DNA of 63,570 nt, the filler included, from Olpidium bornovanus S191 (Eukaryota; Fungi; Olpidiomycota), in the NCBI GenBank assembly GCA_017911155.1. It is 35 parts of 35 records of this genome, joined end to end, with 100 filler letters (N's around TTAATTAATTAA, not from the genome) between each part and the next. Parts side by side here need not be neighbours in the genome. Positions count along the whole stretch, not along the records: positions 50,643 to 53,141 come from JAEFCI010004147.1; positions 53,242 to 55,211 come from JAEFCI010009386.1; positions 55,312 to 56,809 come from JAEFCI010007453.1; positions 56,910 to 58,425 come from JAEFCI010002007.1; positions 58,526 to 60,310 come from JAEFCI010012966.1; positions 60,411 to 62,263 come from JAEFCI010008085.1; positions 62,364 to 63,570 come from JAEFCI010005887.1; 28 more parts are not named here. The stretch is one strand, 5' to 3'. The notes below the pieces were generated by a model that did not search any database, had not been told where the DNA came from, and saw only the letters and a program-made list of their open reading frames with translations. This document shows positions 51,475-62,524 of the stretch, piece by piece (position 1 is the first letter of the stretch; each line of letters starts with the position of its first letter). Position numbers and translations under genes: made by a program.

Positions 51475-54034
51475 GTGTGTTCGCGGTGCGAAATCTGGCT
51501 GCGGGCCGCTCGTCTTTCGCTCTTCACTTAAAGAAGGATCCCCCTCTGACACCCTTTGCCCCTTTTTCTCCCGGTACCAGTTGGCCGGGGGACAAGGCCC
51601 TTCAGCAGCCGGGGGGGAACAGGTAAAAAAAAAAAAGAAGGGCGCACAGTTTTGCTCGCAGCTGCGGAGCGCCGGCAGGGAAAAGCTAACGAGAAAACCT
51701 TCTGGCGCGTGCTTTTTGGTACAGGCCGTGAAATCCGAGGCATGATCAGCGTACGAATCGGTCCTCCACCGACAACCTTATTTTTTTTTTTTTTTTTTTT
51801 TTGCGAAGAGCCTTTTTTGAATCATGAGTACCAAAAGGGGGAAACCGAACCGTTCGTCATTTCACTGGACTGCGATTGTCCCTTCCAGGCCAACGCGTCC
51901 CATCTTTGCGGTCGGTATGCCGATCGTGAGCCAGAGGGGCCAATGGTGGAGTTCACCCGGTACAAAATTGTATAACTACAATCTATTTGCCGACAGATGT
52001 AAAGGCGGATTTGCGTGCCCTACTTTCTGAGGTAGCCGACCGAGAGCCGTATTGGGTACTGCCGTGGATTGGTATAAAATGGTCTACAATGTGTTGTGAG
52101 ATCCCGTGGCGGAGGTTAATGGTTGCCGCCGCCGTGCGGAAGTTCGAAGAGCAGATGAAATTAAACGATTCGATTTCCCACCGAACCAAAAGATTAACAA
52201 ACCTCGGCCGCGTCAGCTTGGCGCTTTCGAAGTCTTCGACGTGACACAAGGGCCCTTGGGTAGGGACTAGTTCTGACGCCTTGCGACCGCGATGCCTACG
52301 AAAATGGGCCATCAGCGCGATCCGTGCAGGACGCCCTTTACTCCCCCGTACGGATGCCCCGAAGTTCCTTTCAGAACCAATGTTTGACAAGTGTTATTAT
52401 CTATCGCGCCGGCGCGATGCGCTCGAATTCTCGGGGCAGAGGGGCAATCGAGCTCTGCACGTGGAGACAAAATCAGGCGGACTCGCGCAACGCGCAAACC
52501 CAAGAGCTAGATGAGCCGTAATGCCGATATTACCTGCCTGTGCCGCCCCGGTTCCGGAAAAGGCGGGGGAACCCCTGGCCGCAAAACCGCTGTGCCTCGG
52601 GCGTGCGTCCTGAGCAGCCAGCTGCAAAGAGGGTGAAGTAGGGAAGAAGAGGAAGTTGATTATTTTTTGTTGTCTTTCCCTTTCGGGCGTTTTTGTTGTC
52701 TTTCCATTTGTTGCGATTTGTAACCCAACAAAAATAGAAGAGCGCGCGACGGAGGAACCCCGCGGGAAGGACCCGGCAGCGAAACGCCACAACGACCGCC
52801 GCAAGGGGGAAAAAAAAAACCACGAAAACGGAGACCGTCGCTCACACCAACCACCCCACTCCGATGACCGCTTTGCCAGGAGCGGCGGCGGCGGCGCTGC
52901 GTCGTGCCGGCGTGCGCAAGATCAGAGTGCGTGCCGCCCCCCTTCTTCAACGCACCCGCGGTTTCCCGGCGTCTCAGGTTCGGCGCGCGCGTTACCCGCC
53001 CCCCGCTTTTGAACGCTCACCTCGTTTCGACCGCCGGCTTCCCCCGTTCCCTTTCCTCGCCCCAACAACACGCGCGCGCGCACAGAACATACACGCAAAC
53101 CCGCCGCCGTTCCGCGTTCCCGCCTCTATTTCGGGAGGGCGNNNNNNNNNNNNNNNNNNNNNNNNNNNNNNNNNNNNNNNNNNNNTTAATTAATTAANNN
53201 NNNNNNNNNNNNNNNNNNNNNNNNNNNNNNNNNNNNNNNNNAAAACCGTTCGGCGCCGAACGGGAGATGTTCACGCAACGTGTGCTCGTTGCCACGACGT
53301 GTAACAAAGACACCTGTCCCAAGCAGGTCGGGTTTGGGCAGGCCCGGAAGTCTCAAGACATGGGCAGAGCTTGTCGCCTCCCGTGTGTGATGGTGATACC
53401 GACCGCGTGGGCTGCCAGCACCGACCTCAAGATCGGAAATCATCCGCGCGATGAGAAGTGAGCACTTCGACCAGCGCAGCCAGAGCCTACACCGGCACAT
53501 CCCTGTGTGTGTTGCGATTGGCGCGGCGCGAGTGGACGTCGCCAGCTTGCGTTGTTATCGGCAGTGGCCAAAACGGCCGGTGTTGTGCGGACTGCTGGCG
53601 GGGCGGCCCGTTCAGGGAGGAGAGCCATAATGATGACGCGGCAGCGTCCTTTGAAGTCTTGGGCACCTCTCTTTCCCGAGGATATCCGGAGAACGCCCGG
53701 TTCTCTTCGACAGATGTCCTGGACAGATCTACGTTCGTGGATCCAAAGTCTTCCCTGCATTCAGGGGCGCCCTTCCGCGAGCCGGCGCGGCCCGCGAGCG
53801 ATCTGCCAAGGGGCCGATGGCCCGGCCGCCGGCCCGACGCTGTGTGGCATTTAGCGAAGATCCGGATATCTTTTTCTCGCGCGTTCATACCGATTCACCT
53901 ATTTATTCTCCCGCTCCGGTCCACGTTTGGCACAACGCGGCCTTATTTGTCTTCGTTTATGCTCTGGTGAAACTGTCCAAGGTCCTGCCGTTGCAGCCTT
54001 GTTCCATAAATTCCGAATAAAAAAGAATATTCTT

Positions 54035-54114
54035 ACTGAAGGGGGACTGACTGCACGGCTTTCCCTTCCGGCTCTCCACTGAAGTGGGGGACTGACTGCA
54101 CGGCTTTCCCTTCC
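54035..54114. repeat. ~44-bp direct duplication
   Basis: ACTGAAG..GGGGGACTGACTGCACGGCTTTCCCTTCCG occurs twice. Confidence 0.85.
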
Positions 54115-55311
54115 GTCTGGAGAAATGGTATCGTCGGGGTGGCGAAATCTTGTCCTCACGCAGAGGAACCGTCTGACGGGTGATCTTGGCTACCGTCTTT
54201 TGTTTGCGCTCGGCGAAATCGCGGAATTCGATATATATTTCCTGCCGCCGCCCCACGGGACGCAAACGATGAATGAGGGCATTGGGGCAGGCAAGAGTCC
54301 GAGAAAAGTGTGCCGGGTTGCTCGCTTTTACGGTGCTCTGGGAGGTAGCTCTCTCCGGTCATTGAGAACGAGCAGTGCTTCGTGCCTCCTGGGTGCCGGG
54401 GTCGACATCGGAACTTCTCCTACAGGTCAGAGCGACCGGAAAGGTTTGCCTGCGGCATTCCAGGAAGCGGCCAAAGCATGCTTCCGACAGAATCCGCACA
54501 ACCGGTTGTTCCGCATCACCGCGGCCGTTCCGTTACCACCGTGTTCGGGTTCGGTATTCATCCTCGTGAACATCGTCCGCGTTCGGGCTCAACCGTAAAT
54601 CGTTCCACGCACGCCTGATCGAGAGTGCTCGGTTGATCCTCAATTGGCAACACGTCTTCCTCCAATACACATGGCGTGGAAATGGGCGTGATGATCGCAT
54701 TCCCTGCGCGTGACAATCGACGCCGAGCCCATTGCCCACGCCACACATCCTTGACTTGGGCTGCGGCGATCACATGATCTCTGACACCTCATCATTCTCC
54801 AACACGCGCAACGAGCAGACCGGCGTTTCATCTGGACCGCGGATTAAAGCGTCCCGGCCAGCGACATCGCCACACTTTCCCGCTGCTTCCCACCGCCGTG
54901 CGACATGGCCGCAACCCATCCCGCAGCAACCCCGCCGACATCGCGACGCTAACCGCAGCCTTTCGCCGCCAGCGCATTTCCGCTGAGTGTGGCACGGCGA
55001 ACAGCCAGAATTTGACGTGCTTTCCCCGCCACTGCTAACCGCCGGCGCCCGCTAATCTTCCTTTCCTGAGGCTGCTCCTCCTGCCAATCCGCATGCGGAT
55101 CCTGTTTCCCTTGGTTGCTCTGAGGCGGATGTGTCACAATTAGGCCACCAGGGCCCATCTTGTAATTATTTGTGGCCTTGGGCCCTGATGTGAAATTACT
55201 GTAACGAATCTNNNNNNNNNNNNNNNNNNNNNNNNNNNNNNNNNNNNNNNNNNNNTTAATTAATTAANNNNNNNNNNNNNNNNNNNNNNNNNNNNNNNNN
55301 NNNNNNNNNNN

Positions 55312-56586
55312 ATCACGGCGTCCACGACCCAGAACTGCGGGAACCAAACGGTCAGGGACCTTCTTCTTTTTTTCCGCCGCTGCAGCGGAGCGCCTCTCGC
55401 CCGAATGGCCTTACTTGGAAAATATTCATGGCTGGTGCGAAAGGCAAAAAAAAAAAAAAAAATTACAAACGAGTAACGAACGGGTTCAGCACGGGCCGCG
55501 TTCGGGTTGCCTCCGTCGGGGCAGACGGGCTTCACGCTCACTCAGCGGAAACAGAAGTAGCACGAAGACCACTTGAAACCGGGGGTCCTTGATGGATGTC
55601 AATGGCGAAAGCACCCTTTTGGCGTCCGCGGAACGCGGGCAGTTCTGTTAAACATTCACATCGAACCCGCCGCCCTTTAACTCACGGAGCAAAATGTTCG
55701 GCAAAGCACGATAAACCTCACCATTTGCCAAACACCTCTAGTGCGGGTATGGTGATGAGCATGAGCAAGACCGTGAACTTCATCAACGCCAGAGCGCAGA
55801 AGAAGGCGCAACTCTGCTTGATCCAGGCCCGGATGCGCGGCGGGCTGCCGTAGTTTCCCGAGTGCATCTCACTGATCCCAAGCCGTCGGACGATCGCATC
55901 GATCAGCCGGAGGTAGCCAAACAGGATCCCGATCCCTATGGTACAGTCCAAGAAGAGGTTTAGGAAGTACCTGCCTGCGGCGGTTAGAGAACCCACACTT
56001 TGTTCCGCGCTTCCGGCAGGTCCGGTGGTTCTCCCTCGCCCCCTCTCGGGCGGTATGCAGAGGACCTACAGCACGCATGGGTTCGCCGACTCCTTTTGCC
56101 CGTTGGCGTTTGGCAAGAGAGAGAAAACGACGTTGAGAAGGTGGACGCCGCTCGAGCCGCACGCTTGCTTTGATGCGTCGAAGAACCTGGGGTGAAAGAG
56201 GGGAAGCAGGGGCCAAGGGTTGCGGGGACAGCCACGTCAAGTTTTAGCCGTGCCGGGAACGGGCAGTCGCGAGCAACGGCGACGGCCGGCCGAAATACGG
56301 TACCATATCTTGAAAGGCCTCCTCGGCGTCTCTCGCTGCCGCTTTATCAAAAGGGAACCCAAGGCGATTGAGGCTGTGGCGGAGGACCGAGGCGGCGATC
56401 GGTAATAACTGCCGTGAGTCAGTCCAGGTCGAGGAGCAGCGGCTACCTCCTGCCGCGGGTATATATCACTCGAAGGGCGCAGCGAGATGAGCGGGCGGCG
56501 GGTGCGGGGATCGTACCCATGAGCAGCTGGACCATGACGGCGAAGTCGTCCAGCAGCTGGCACTCGCGAACCGACCTCGCGGCCAT
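55312..56586 (-). CDS. STIMATE/TMEM110 (YPL162C-like) vacuolar membrane protein
   Basis: CQLLDDFAVMVQLLMG; LIKRQRETPRRPFKIW; FDASKQ; YFLNLFLDCTIG; SGNYGSPPRIRAWIKQ..LMK; QFWVVD. Confidence 0.85.
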
Positions 56587-56748
56587 CCGTGGGCCTGCCG
56601 CCGCCGCTGCTCCGTCCGCCTCGAGAGCCCGCCCATGCAACGAACAGCCGGCGAGCTGGTGGTTGAGGTGATCCCAAAGGGTGGCGCAGGGCGCCGACGA
56701 GGGCGCGACGGCCGCGGGGGCCATTTATTTGCGTGTTTCTTCGCAAAC

Positions 56749-56779
<31 letters not shown>

Positions 56780-56909
56780 GGGGGGGGGGGGTGGTGGGCG
56801 CCGCGGGCGNNNNNNNNNNNNNNNNNNNNNNNNNNNNNNNNNNNNNNNNNNNNTTAATTAATTAANNNNNNNNNNNNNNNNNNNNNNNNNNNNNNNNNNN
56901 NNNNNNNNN

Positions 56910-58246
56910 CATGTGTTTTGTTGTACCGCTATCAAGGTTGATCGAACTGGTGCGGTATCTTCCGTAGGTCGCTTGCGCTGCACCGTTGTTGTCCCCCCCG
57001 CGGCACAAGCAATTTGCATCGATCGTTCTTTGGTCGATTCCTAATTCTTTTGGTCGGCGGGTTTGTCTTGCTTCTCCTGCTTTTCTTTCTTCTCCTGCTT
57101 TTCTTGCTTCTTCGGCGATCAGCAATCTCGGGCCATATGCCCTGCCTTTCCGCAGTTGAAGCACTTGAAGATCTTCTTTGGCGTGTTGGGACGCTTTTTT
57201 CCTTTTGGTCTCGTTTGCGCTTGGGCGGGTTGCTCCTGCTCTGTGGACAGGTTTGTTTTTCGCATACGTCCCGCTGATACGGGAGGCACGTCTAGCTGCC
57301 TCCTGGACTTCGTTGAAATCATGGAGCTTAGGGACCATGGTCATGATCCTCAGTTTGCTCTCCGTTTGCAGTCCCGAGTGGAAGCGCATGGTCCAGAGCG
57401 CCATGTCGCGGGGAAAAGGGAGTTCTATTAACAAGGTGTTAAACTTCTCGATATATTTCTCAAGAAAATTGTTTCTGCACTTCCGCTGTGATAGATTTAG
57501 AAGCTCGTCCATGGTTCGTTGCAGGTTCGTTCGAGGATAGAAATGTAACGTAAGGGCTGCACGCAGCTCTGCCCAAGTTGTCCAGCGCTTGGACTGTCCA
57601 CGGGGGAACTCTCTGGTGTGACTTTGCCAGACCAGGTACGCTTGTCCGTCGAGGTGCTGGGTCGCGAGCGCGAGGGTGTCCTTCTCATCGAGCTCTGCCT
57701 GGCGGCGGCGGCTGCTAGTTTGCTCTGGAATGTAGCGAGAGCAGCGGCTCCGCTAGTCCCATGGAAGGTAGGGATGGCGGCCATCATAGTTCTCGAGACC
57801 ATTGTGTCAGGTCGGAACGAACTGTTGGACTCGGTCGTCGCGTGTGCTGGCATCTTCATTGCGTCTTGCTGCTAAGCGTTGTGCGTACGCTTGGAGTTTG
57901 GCCAGTTGACGACGCAGGTCCTCCTCTTCCTTCCTGTAGCCAGTCATCGTCTAAGTTGCTTTGATGAGAGGCGGTGGACACGTGTACAGGGTACGACGCC
58001 CCTGTTGCGGGCGGTGAACCAACTGGGGTTGTAGGTTCTTCCCTTGGGGACAGGCGGATCTTGAAGAAGCGGTTGGTTTCCATGGTCGGAGTCTTTCCGT
58101 TGCTATGGTGACCGCGTCGGGAAGTGGGTTCTCTATCGGCCCTGTCCTGTTCCTTTTGGCAGCTACTACGGGAGGCGGGTTCACTTCGTCATTCTTCGTT
58201 GCTGCCTTTTGGCGGCTACGACGGAAGGCGGGTTCTCTCGTCGTTC

Positions 58247-58283
<37 letters not shown>

Positions 58284-58379
58284 GGGGGATAAAGGGGGGG
58301 GGGCGCGGGGCCTGGGCGGCGTGCCGGCAATTAAGCCCGCAACCCATGAAAAAAGTACGCAACCAGCCCCGAAACGCAA
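56910..58379 (-). mobile_element. Decayed LTR-retrotransposon gag-protease region (frameshifts and stops)
   Basis: AIPTFHG..; WAELRAALTLHFYP..LLNLSQ..EKYIEKFNTLL..FHSGL (retrotransposon gag); CFNCGKAGHMARDC CCHC knuckle followed by a stop; LDSGTTKHM aspartic-protease motif at the contig edge. Confidence 0.85.
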
Positions 58380-58772
58380 GAACGACGCCCGTTCTGCAGG
58401 GAGGTCAGCGACGCCGTTTCAACCGNNNNNNNNNNNNNNNNNNNNNNNNNNNNNNNNNNNNNNNNNNNNTTAATTAATTAANNNNNNNNNNNNNNNNNNN
58501 NNNNNNNNNNNNNNNNNNNNNNNNNCATGGAAATCACGTAGTTGAGGAGCAGGGACGAGCCATACGACCTTATGGCCGAATCGCATTCACAAGCGGCCGC
58601 AACACGTGCCCGCACAGGCCGAAACAGGTGGGGAGCCCGTGACAGTCAAGATTGCCAGAACGGCCACAGCGTACTGCAAAACTCCAGCCGTCAACCCTCG
58701 GTTCGACCCCGCAAACTAGCCAGGGCAGACGGTATTATGTCTGTAATTAATTCTTTACTGCACGCCGGTGGT

Positions 58773-59813
58773 CTATTTGTCACTCGGCACGTTGGGGTTC
58801 ATCTAAACAGTGCGTTCGAGAAGGCGATAAGCGGTGGGACTCGTCATTGCTCGTCTGTCGGGCAACAACATAACACGCGGTAGAGTAATAAAAAAAAAAC
58901 CAGCGGCGTACCCTGCGCTTGCCCCCGACCATGTTTGTGGCGTTGACAAAACGACGGTTGTAGAGAATGCGCTTCTTGGCGCGTCCTGAACGCGACGGCA
59001 AGGTTTACATGCCGACAGACACATCAGTTAAAAGACAAACATCCGCGACTCGGGAGAAGCGCCACCCTGTCGCGCCGGAGCCCCAAGTCCAGAGAAACCC
59101 GACGGAGACTAACCTGTCGGGGGCTTCTTCTTCTCAGCGTTCTTTTCCTTCTTAGGGGTCTGCGACTTTACCTTACCGGCGCGAGCGAGGGACCCGTGGA
59201 CCTTTCCCTGTGTTTCGGAGGAAAGAAAAGCAGCGTGTGAGCCTTGCGGACGCTTCAAATGATAGGCACCGGAAGTCCAGTTGCGCAAAGGGCAGCGTGG
59301 GTCGTCCTGCTGAGAGGGACCTCCAGTTTCGATAAGCAGCCTGTGTTTGGCCTTCATACGGGCGTATTGCACGGGCCGTGTTCGTCCAGGGAATCCAGAA
59401 AAATGCTTTTGCCCGTTCAACGGCTTGCCACCAGTCTGCTTCTGCACCGTGATGCCCGGCAACAGGCTCCAGGTGTCGACCGCCCCCGACTTCCAAAATC
59501 GTTGCACTCTCTGCACGTGCTATCATCATCATCTCTCTCTCTCCTTCGCATGGCACGCCAGCCGATGCCACGGCACCTCGGCGGCATTGAGAACGCCGAA
59601 CTGCGGATTGTGCGGGGCGCATTGGGGAGAAGGTATCCGGCTCAACCAGCGCTTCGAGACATGGAAAGCTGTTTTCCGGAGAGCGGGCCGAGCAGCGGCT
59701 GCCGAGCGCGGCCGCCGGGTGCGGCCGCCGGAAGGAGTCTCCTAGAACTAGGAAGGCAGGAATTGGACGGGGTGCGCCCCGCCGTTTGGTTTCCGTTGCG
59801 GGCTGCTCACCAT
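58773..59813 (-). CDS. RPS30: 40S ribosomal protein S30 (eS30), complete, 4 exons; exon 1 is the ATG only
   Basis: M|GKVHGSLARAGKVKSQTPKKEKNAEKKKPPT|GRAKKRILYNRRFVNATNMVGGKRR|MNPNVPSDK*. ATG|GTGAG at 59813, CAG acceptor at 59208. Confidence 0.96.
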
Positions 59814-60183
59814 TTTCGCGTTTTTCCCTTGGTTTTCTGTTGCGGTTTAGAACTATTTTGCTTGCTTCTTTTGCCGAAGTAACATTTGTGGATCACGTGA
59901 CCCGTAGATAGTGCGGTTTACAATATTTTTTTTTTGAGAGGGGCAAGAAGATAGAGTGGTCGAGGCGCGCCCGGTGTTCAGATATGCGCCCTCGTCTTTG
60001 CCCCCTCCCTTTTCTTTTCGTTTGACCGCCCGGCATCTCCCTGCTGTAACCGTCAACCATAACAAATACACGAGAGAATGTTGGGCTGAACGTAACAGAT
60101 TAAGAGTCTCAGCCTCTCCGCTGAGGAAGCCATCCGCCGCTTCAAGCGCCGACACCGTTGCTCACGGCGCGAGAGCCGCCGCC

Positions 60184-60310
60184 ACTGGACGGAAGCCGTC
60201 CGGCGCGGGAGACGTGGGAGAAGCCGCAACTGGACGGAAGCCGTCCGGCGCGGCACACGGCACACGGAGCACGGGAGGCGCGAAAGCCGAACGGAAGCCG
60301 TCCGGCTCGG
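60184..60310. repeat. Three copies of a hairpin-forming motif (GG)ACGGAAGCCGTCCGG with 45- and 57-bp periods, cut by the contig end
   Basis: GGACGG-AAG-CCGTCC is a perfect 6-bp stem with a 3-nt loop. The shared ACGGAAG core sits at 60189, 60234 and 60291; the third copy lacks the first GG. Confidence 0.8.
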
Positions 60311-60934
60311 NNNNNNNNNNNNNNNNNNNNNNNNNNNNNNNNNNNNNNNNNNNNTTAATTAATTAANNNNNNNNNNNNNNNNNNNNNNNNNNNNNNNNNN
60401 NNNNNNNNNNAAGGACACAAGGGCCAAAAAGCATTTCCATTGTTTTTTCTGGGTGGGGCGATAAAACGGGAAACAAAACGCCTAATTCCTCCCCATTCCC
60501 TCTTCCCCGCGTGACCCGTGGAAAGTCATGCAAATGTCGACGGCAGCACGGAAAACGTAATCGAAATCGTCGGCAATTCCAAAGAGTGAAAGCGACCGCA
60601 GGCCTTATCGCCCAATTTCACATCGACAACCCAATCCTCTGTACCAAAAAGGTGAACCGTTCCCGTCAAATTTCCACTCCTTTGATCCTCCCGCTTCCGG
60701 GGAGAGAAAGAAAAAAACGGCAGCAAAATGAGAATATCCCGGGGAAGCGGGTTCGAGAGAAGAGGGATTCCAAACTGACCACTTGCAAATGACGTTGGTG
60801 GTGGTGGAAAGGGGGGTGGGGGTAGCTCTCTCGCGCTCCGCGTTCCGACTTCCCCTTTTTCCCACTTTCCGGCCGCGTTCGGCTTCGGCGGGCGGAGGAG
60901 ACGGGTGGGGTAGTGGGTTACGGACAGAGGTTTT

Positions 60935-61162
60935 TCACCTGCGGCGGTAGAGCGGGTAGGGGTAGTACGGCGGCGGCGGGCGGGGGTAGTACGGGTAGAA
61001 GGGCGGGCGCGGGTAGTACCACGGGTAGGGCGGGCGCGGGTAATACCACGGGTAGGGCGGACGCGGGTAGGGGAAGAACTGGGCGACCGCCGCCTGCGGA
61101 GCCGAGGCGACTGCCAGGAGGATGGCGAACAGGAACGCCAGGAGCGAGCCGAAAGTCATCAT
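60935..61162 (-). CDS. Small secreted Pro/Tyr/Arg-rich peptide precursor (75 aa, YPRPP x4)
   Basis: MMTFGSLLAFLFAILLAVASAPQAAVA|QFFPYPRPPYPWYYPRPPYPWYYPRPPFYPYYPRPPPPYYPYPLYRRR*. Clear signal peptide (h-region, A-V-A cleavage), A-rich context before the ATG, and GC3-rich codons. Confidence 0.8.
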   Translation of the reverse strand: MMTFGSLLAFLFAILLAVASAPQAAVAQFFPYPRPPYPWYYPRPPYPWYYPRPPFYPYYPRPPPPYYPYPLYRRR

Positions 61163-61491
61163 TTTTCTTTTTGTTTTTGGGTCCGGGGAGGGGGGGGGGG
61201 GGAAGGGGATAAGGGGGAAGGGGTGGAAGAAAGCGACAATTCAGGTGAAATTTTTTTGAGCGTTACCGCGGGCAGGGCAGATACCAGGAATTACGGGGTA
61301 ATCGGGGGGATGTCCCTCGTTTTCTCCCCGTCTTCGGTTTTTTTTTATTTTTGCGCACCTTTTTTGCAGATGGCAAGGCGGCGGAGGGCTGTCGAGCTGG
61401 ACTGACTGCCGCAAGCGTTCGATCGAAGTCGACGGCTTTTGGAGGTCGAACGGCGAGTTGGATGGGGAGTGGGGCGCGGGGCTCCTGCAGC

Positions 61492-61497
61492 CTTATA
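61492..61497 (-). promoter_or_regulatory. Candidate TATA box for the Pro/Tyr-rich peptide gene
   Basis: TATAAG on the minus strand, embedded in GC-rich DNA about 330 bp upstream of the ATG. Confidence 0.3.
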
Positions 61498-62001
61498 ATC
61501 CGCGCGCGCGGCTCTGGTCAGAGCGTTCCAGCGGCGCGGCGCCGGCCGTCGGGCGCTCGCGAGCCAGACGCCGCAGAATCGAGGAGCCGGACGCATCAAG
61601 CTTCTCATTTTGCGATGCTTCCGGCATGAGCCAAAAAACGCCAAGTTTGTTCGTTCCGGGCGGATCCTCCGGGAGGGGGATTGCCCGGAATCCTTCGTGT
61701 TGTAGCCGGGGGGAGTAAACTGCTTTGCACGCTTTGCGGACTTCTGAACTGGCGCGGCGAGCTTCACCCTTGCCCCACCCTCCGCAAACTGCTTTAACAG
61801 AAATTTTGTCAGCACGCTTGAACAGCGCCCGACATTTTTTTGTTTCTTTTTCGTTTTTAGTCCTTTTTTTGGGCGCTCCGAGAATTTCATGCCGCCGGGG
61901 GGGAGAAGCTTTGAATCCGTCCCCTTCAACCCCCCAACCCCCCAGTTTCTTCGCGCACTACCCCCGTGCTGAGGAAAAAAAGATTAGTCGTGCGGTTACT
62001 C

Positions 62002-62172
62002 ATGTTGCTCTTGATACTCCTGTTGTTGCTAAATCTGCTGCTGGCGTTTGTTCAGGGTGTCCCGCTTGCGCAGCTGCGCCGAGTGGCGGAGGGGCTGATG
62101 CGGGCGTGGGATTTGTTTTGTCCGGGGGCGCCGGGCGACAGCCTGCTTTCGACCCGCCCAAACGACCGATGA
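62002..62172 (+). CDS. Possible second small secreted peptide (56 aa)
   Basis: MLLLILLLLLNLLLAFVQG|VPLAQLRRVAEGLMRAWDLFCPGAPGDSLLSTRPNDR*. Signal-peptide-like, but it could be the shadow frame of a minus-strand sequence. Confidence 0.3.
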   Translation: MLLLILLLLLNLLLAFVQGVPLAQLRRVAEGLMRAWDLFCPGAPGDSLLSTRPNDR

Positions 62173-62524
62173 GGATCTCGACACAGAGAGCCACGTGTGC
62201 TGGGCCGGCCGCAGGTACGGCGTGTCCCGGCCCTCCCTCGCCCCTCCTCTACGTCCCCCCCCCNNNNNNNNNNNNNNNNNNNNNNNNNNNNNNNNNNNNN
62301 NNNNNNNTTAATTAATTAANNNNNNNNNNNNNNNNNNNNNNNNNNNNNNNNNNNNNNNNNNNNCCCACCCGTCCCGCCCCCCACCCAAAGAAAACGAAAA
62401 AGGAAAACAACGCGTACGGTTGCCAACGCGGCGCAAGAGTTTGGGTCAACTTTTCCTACCGCGCAAACAAGACGCTCCTTCCCGTTTCGTGGGGTATCAA
62501 AAAGAAGAAAAAAAAACCGCGCAC

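Noticed and set aside
60184-60310. CRISPR interpretation of the palindromic repeats
   Set aside because: There are only three imperfect copies with unequal spacers, the context is eukaryotic, and no cas genes are present. It is kept only as a generic repeat finding.
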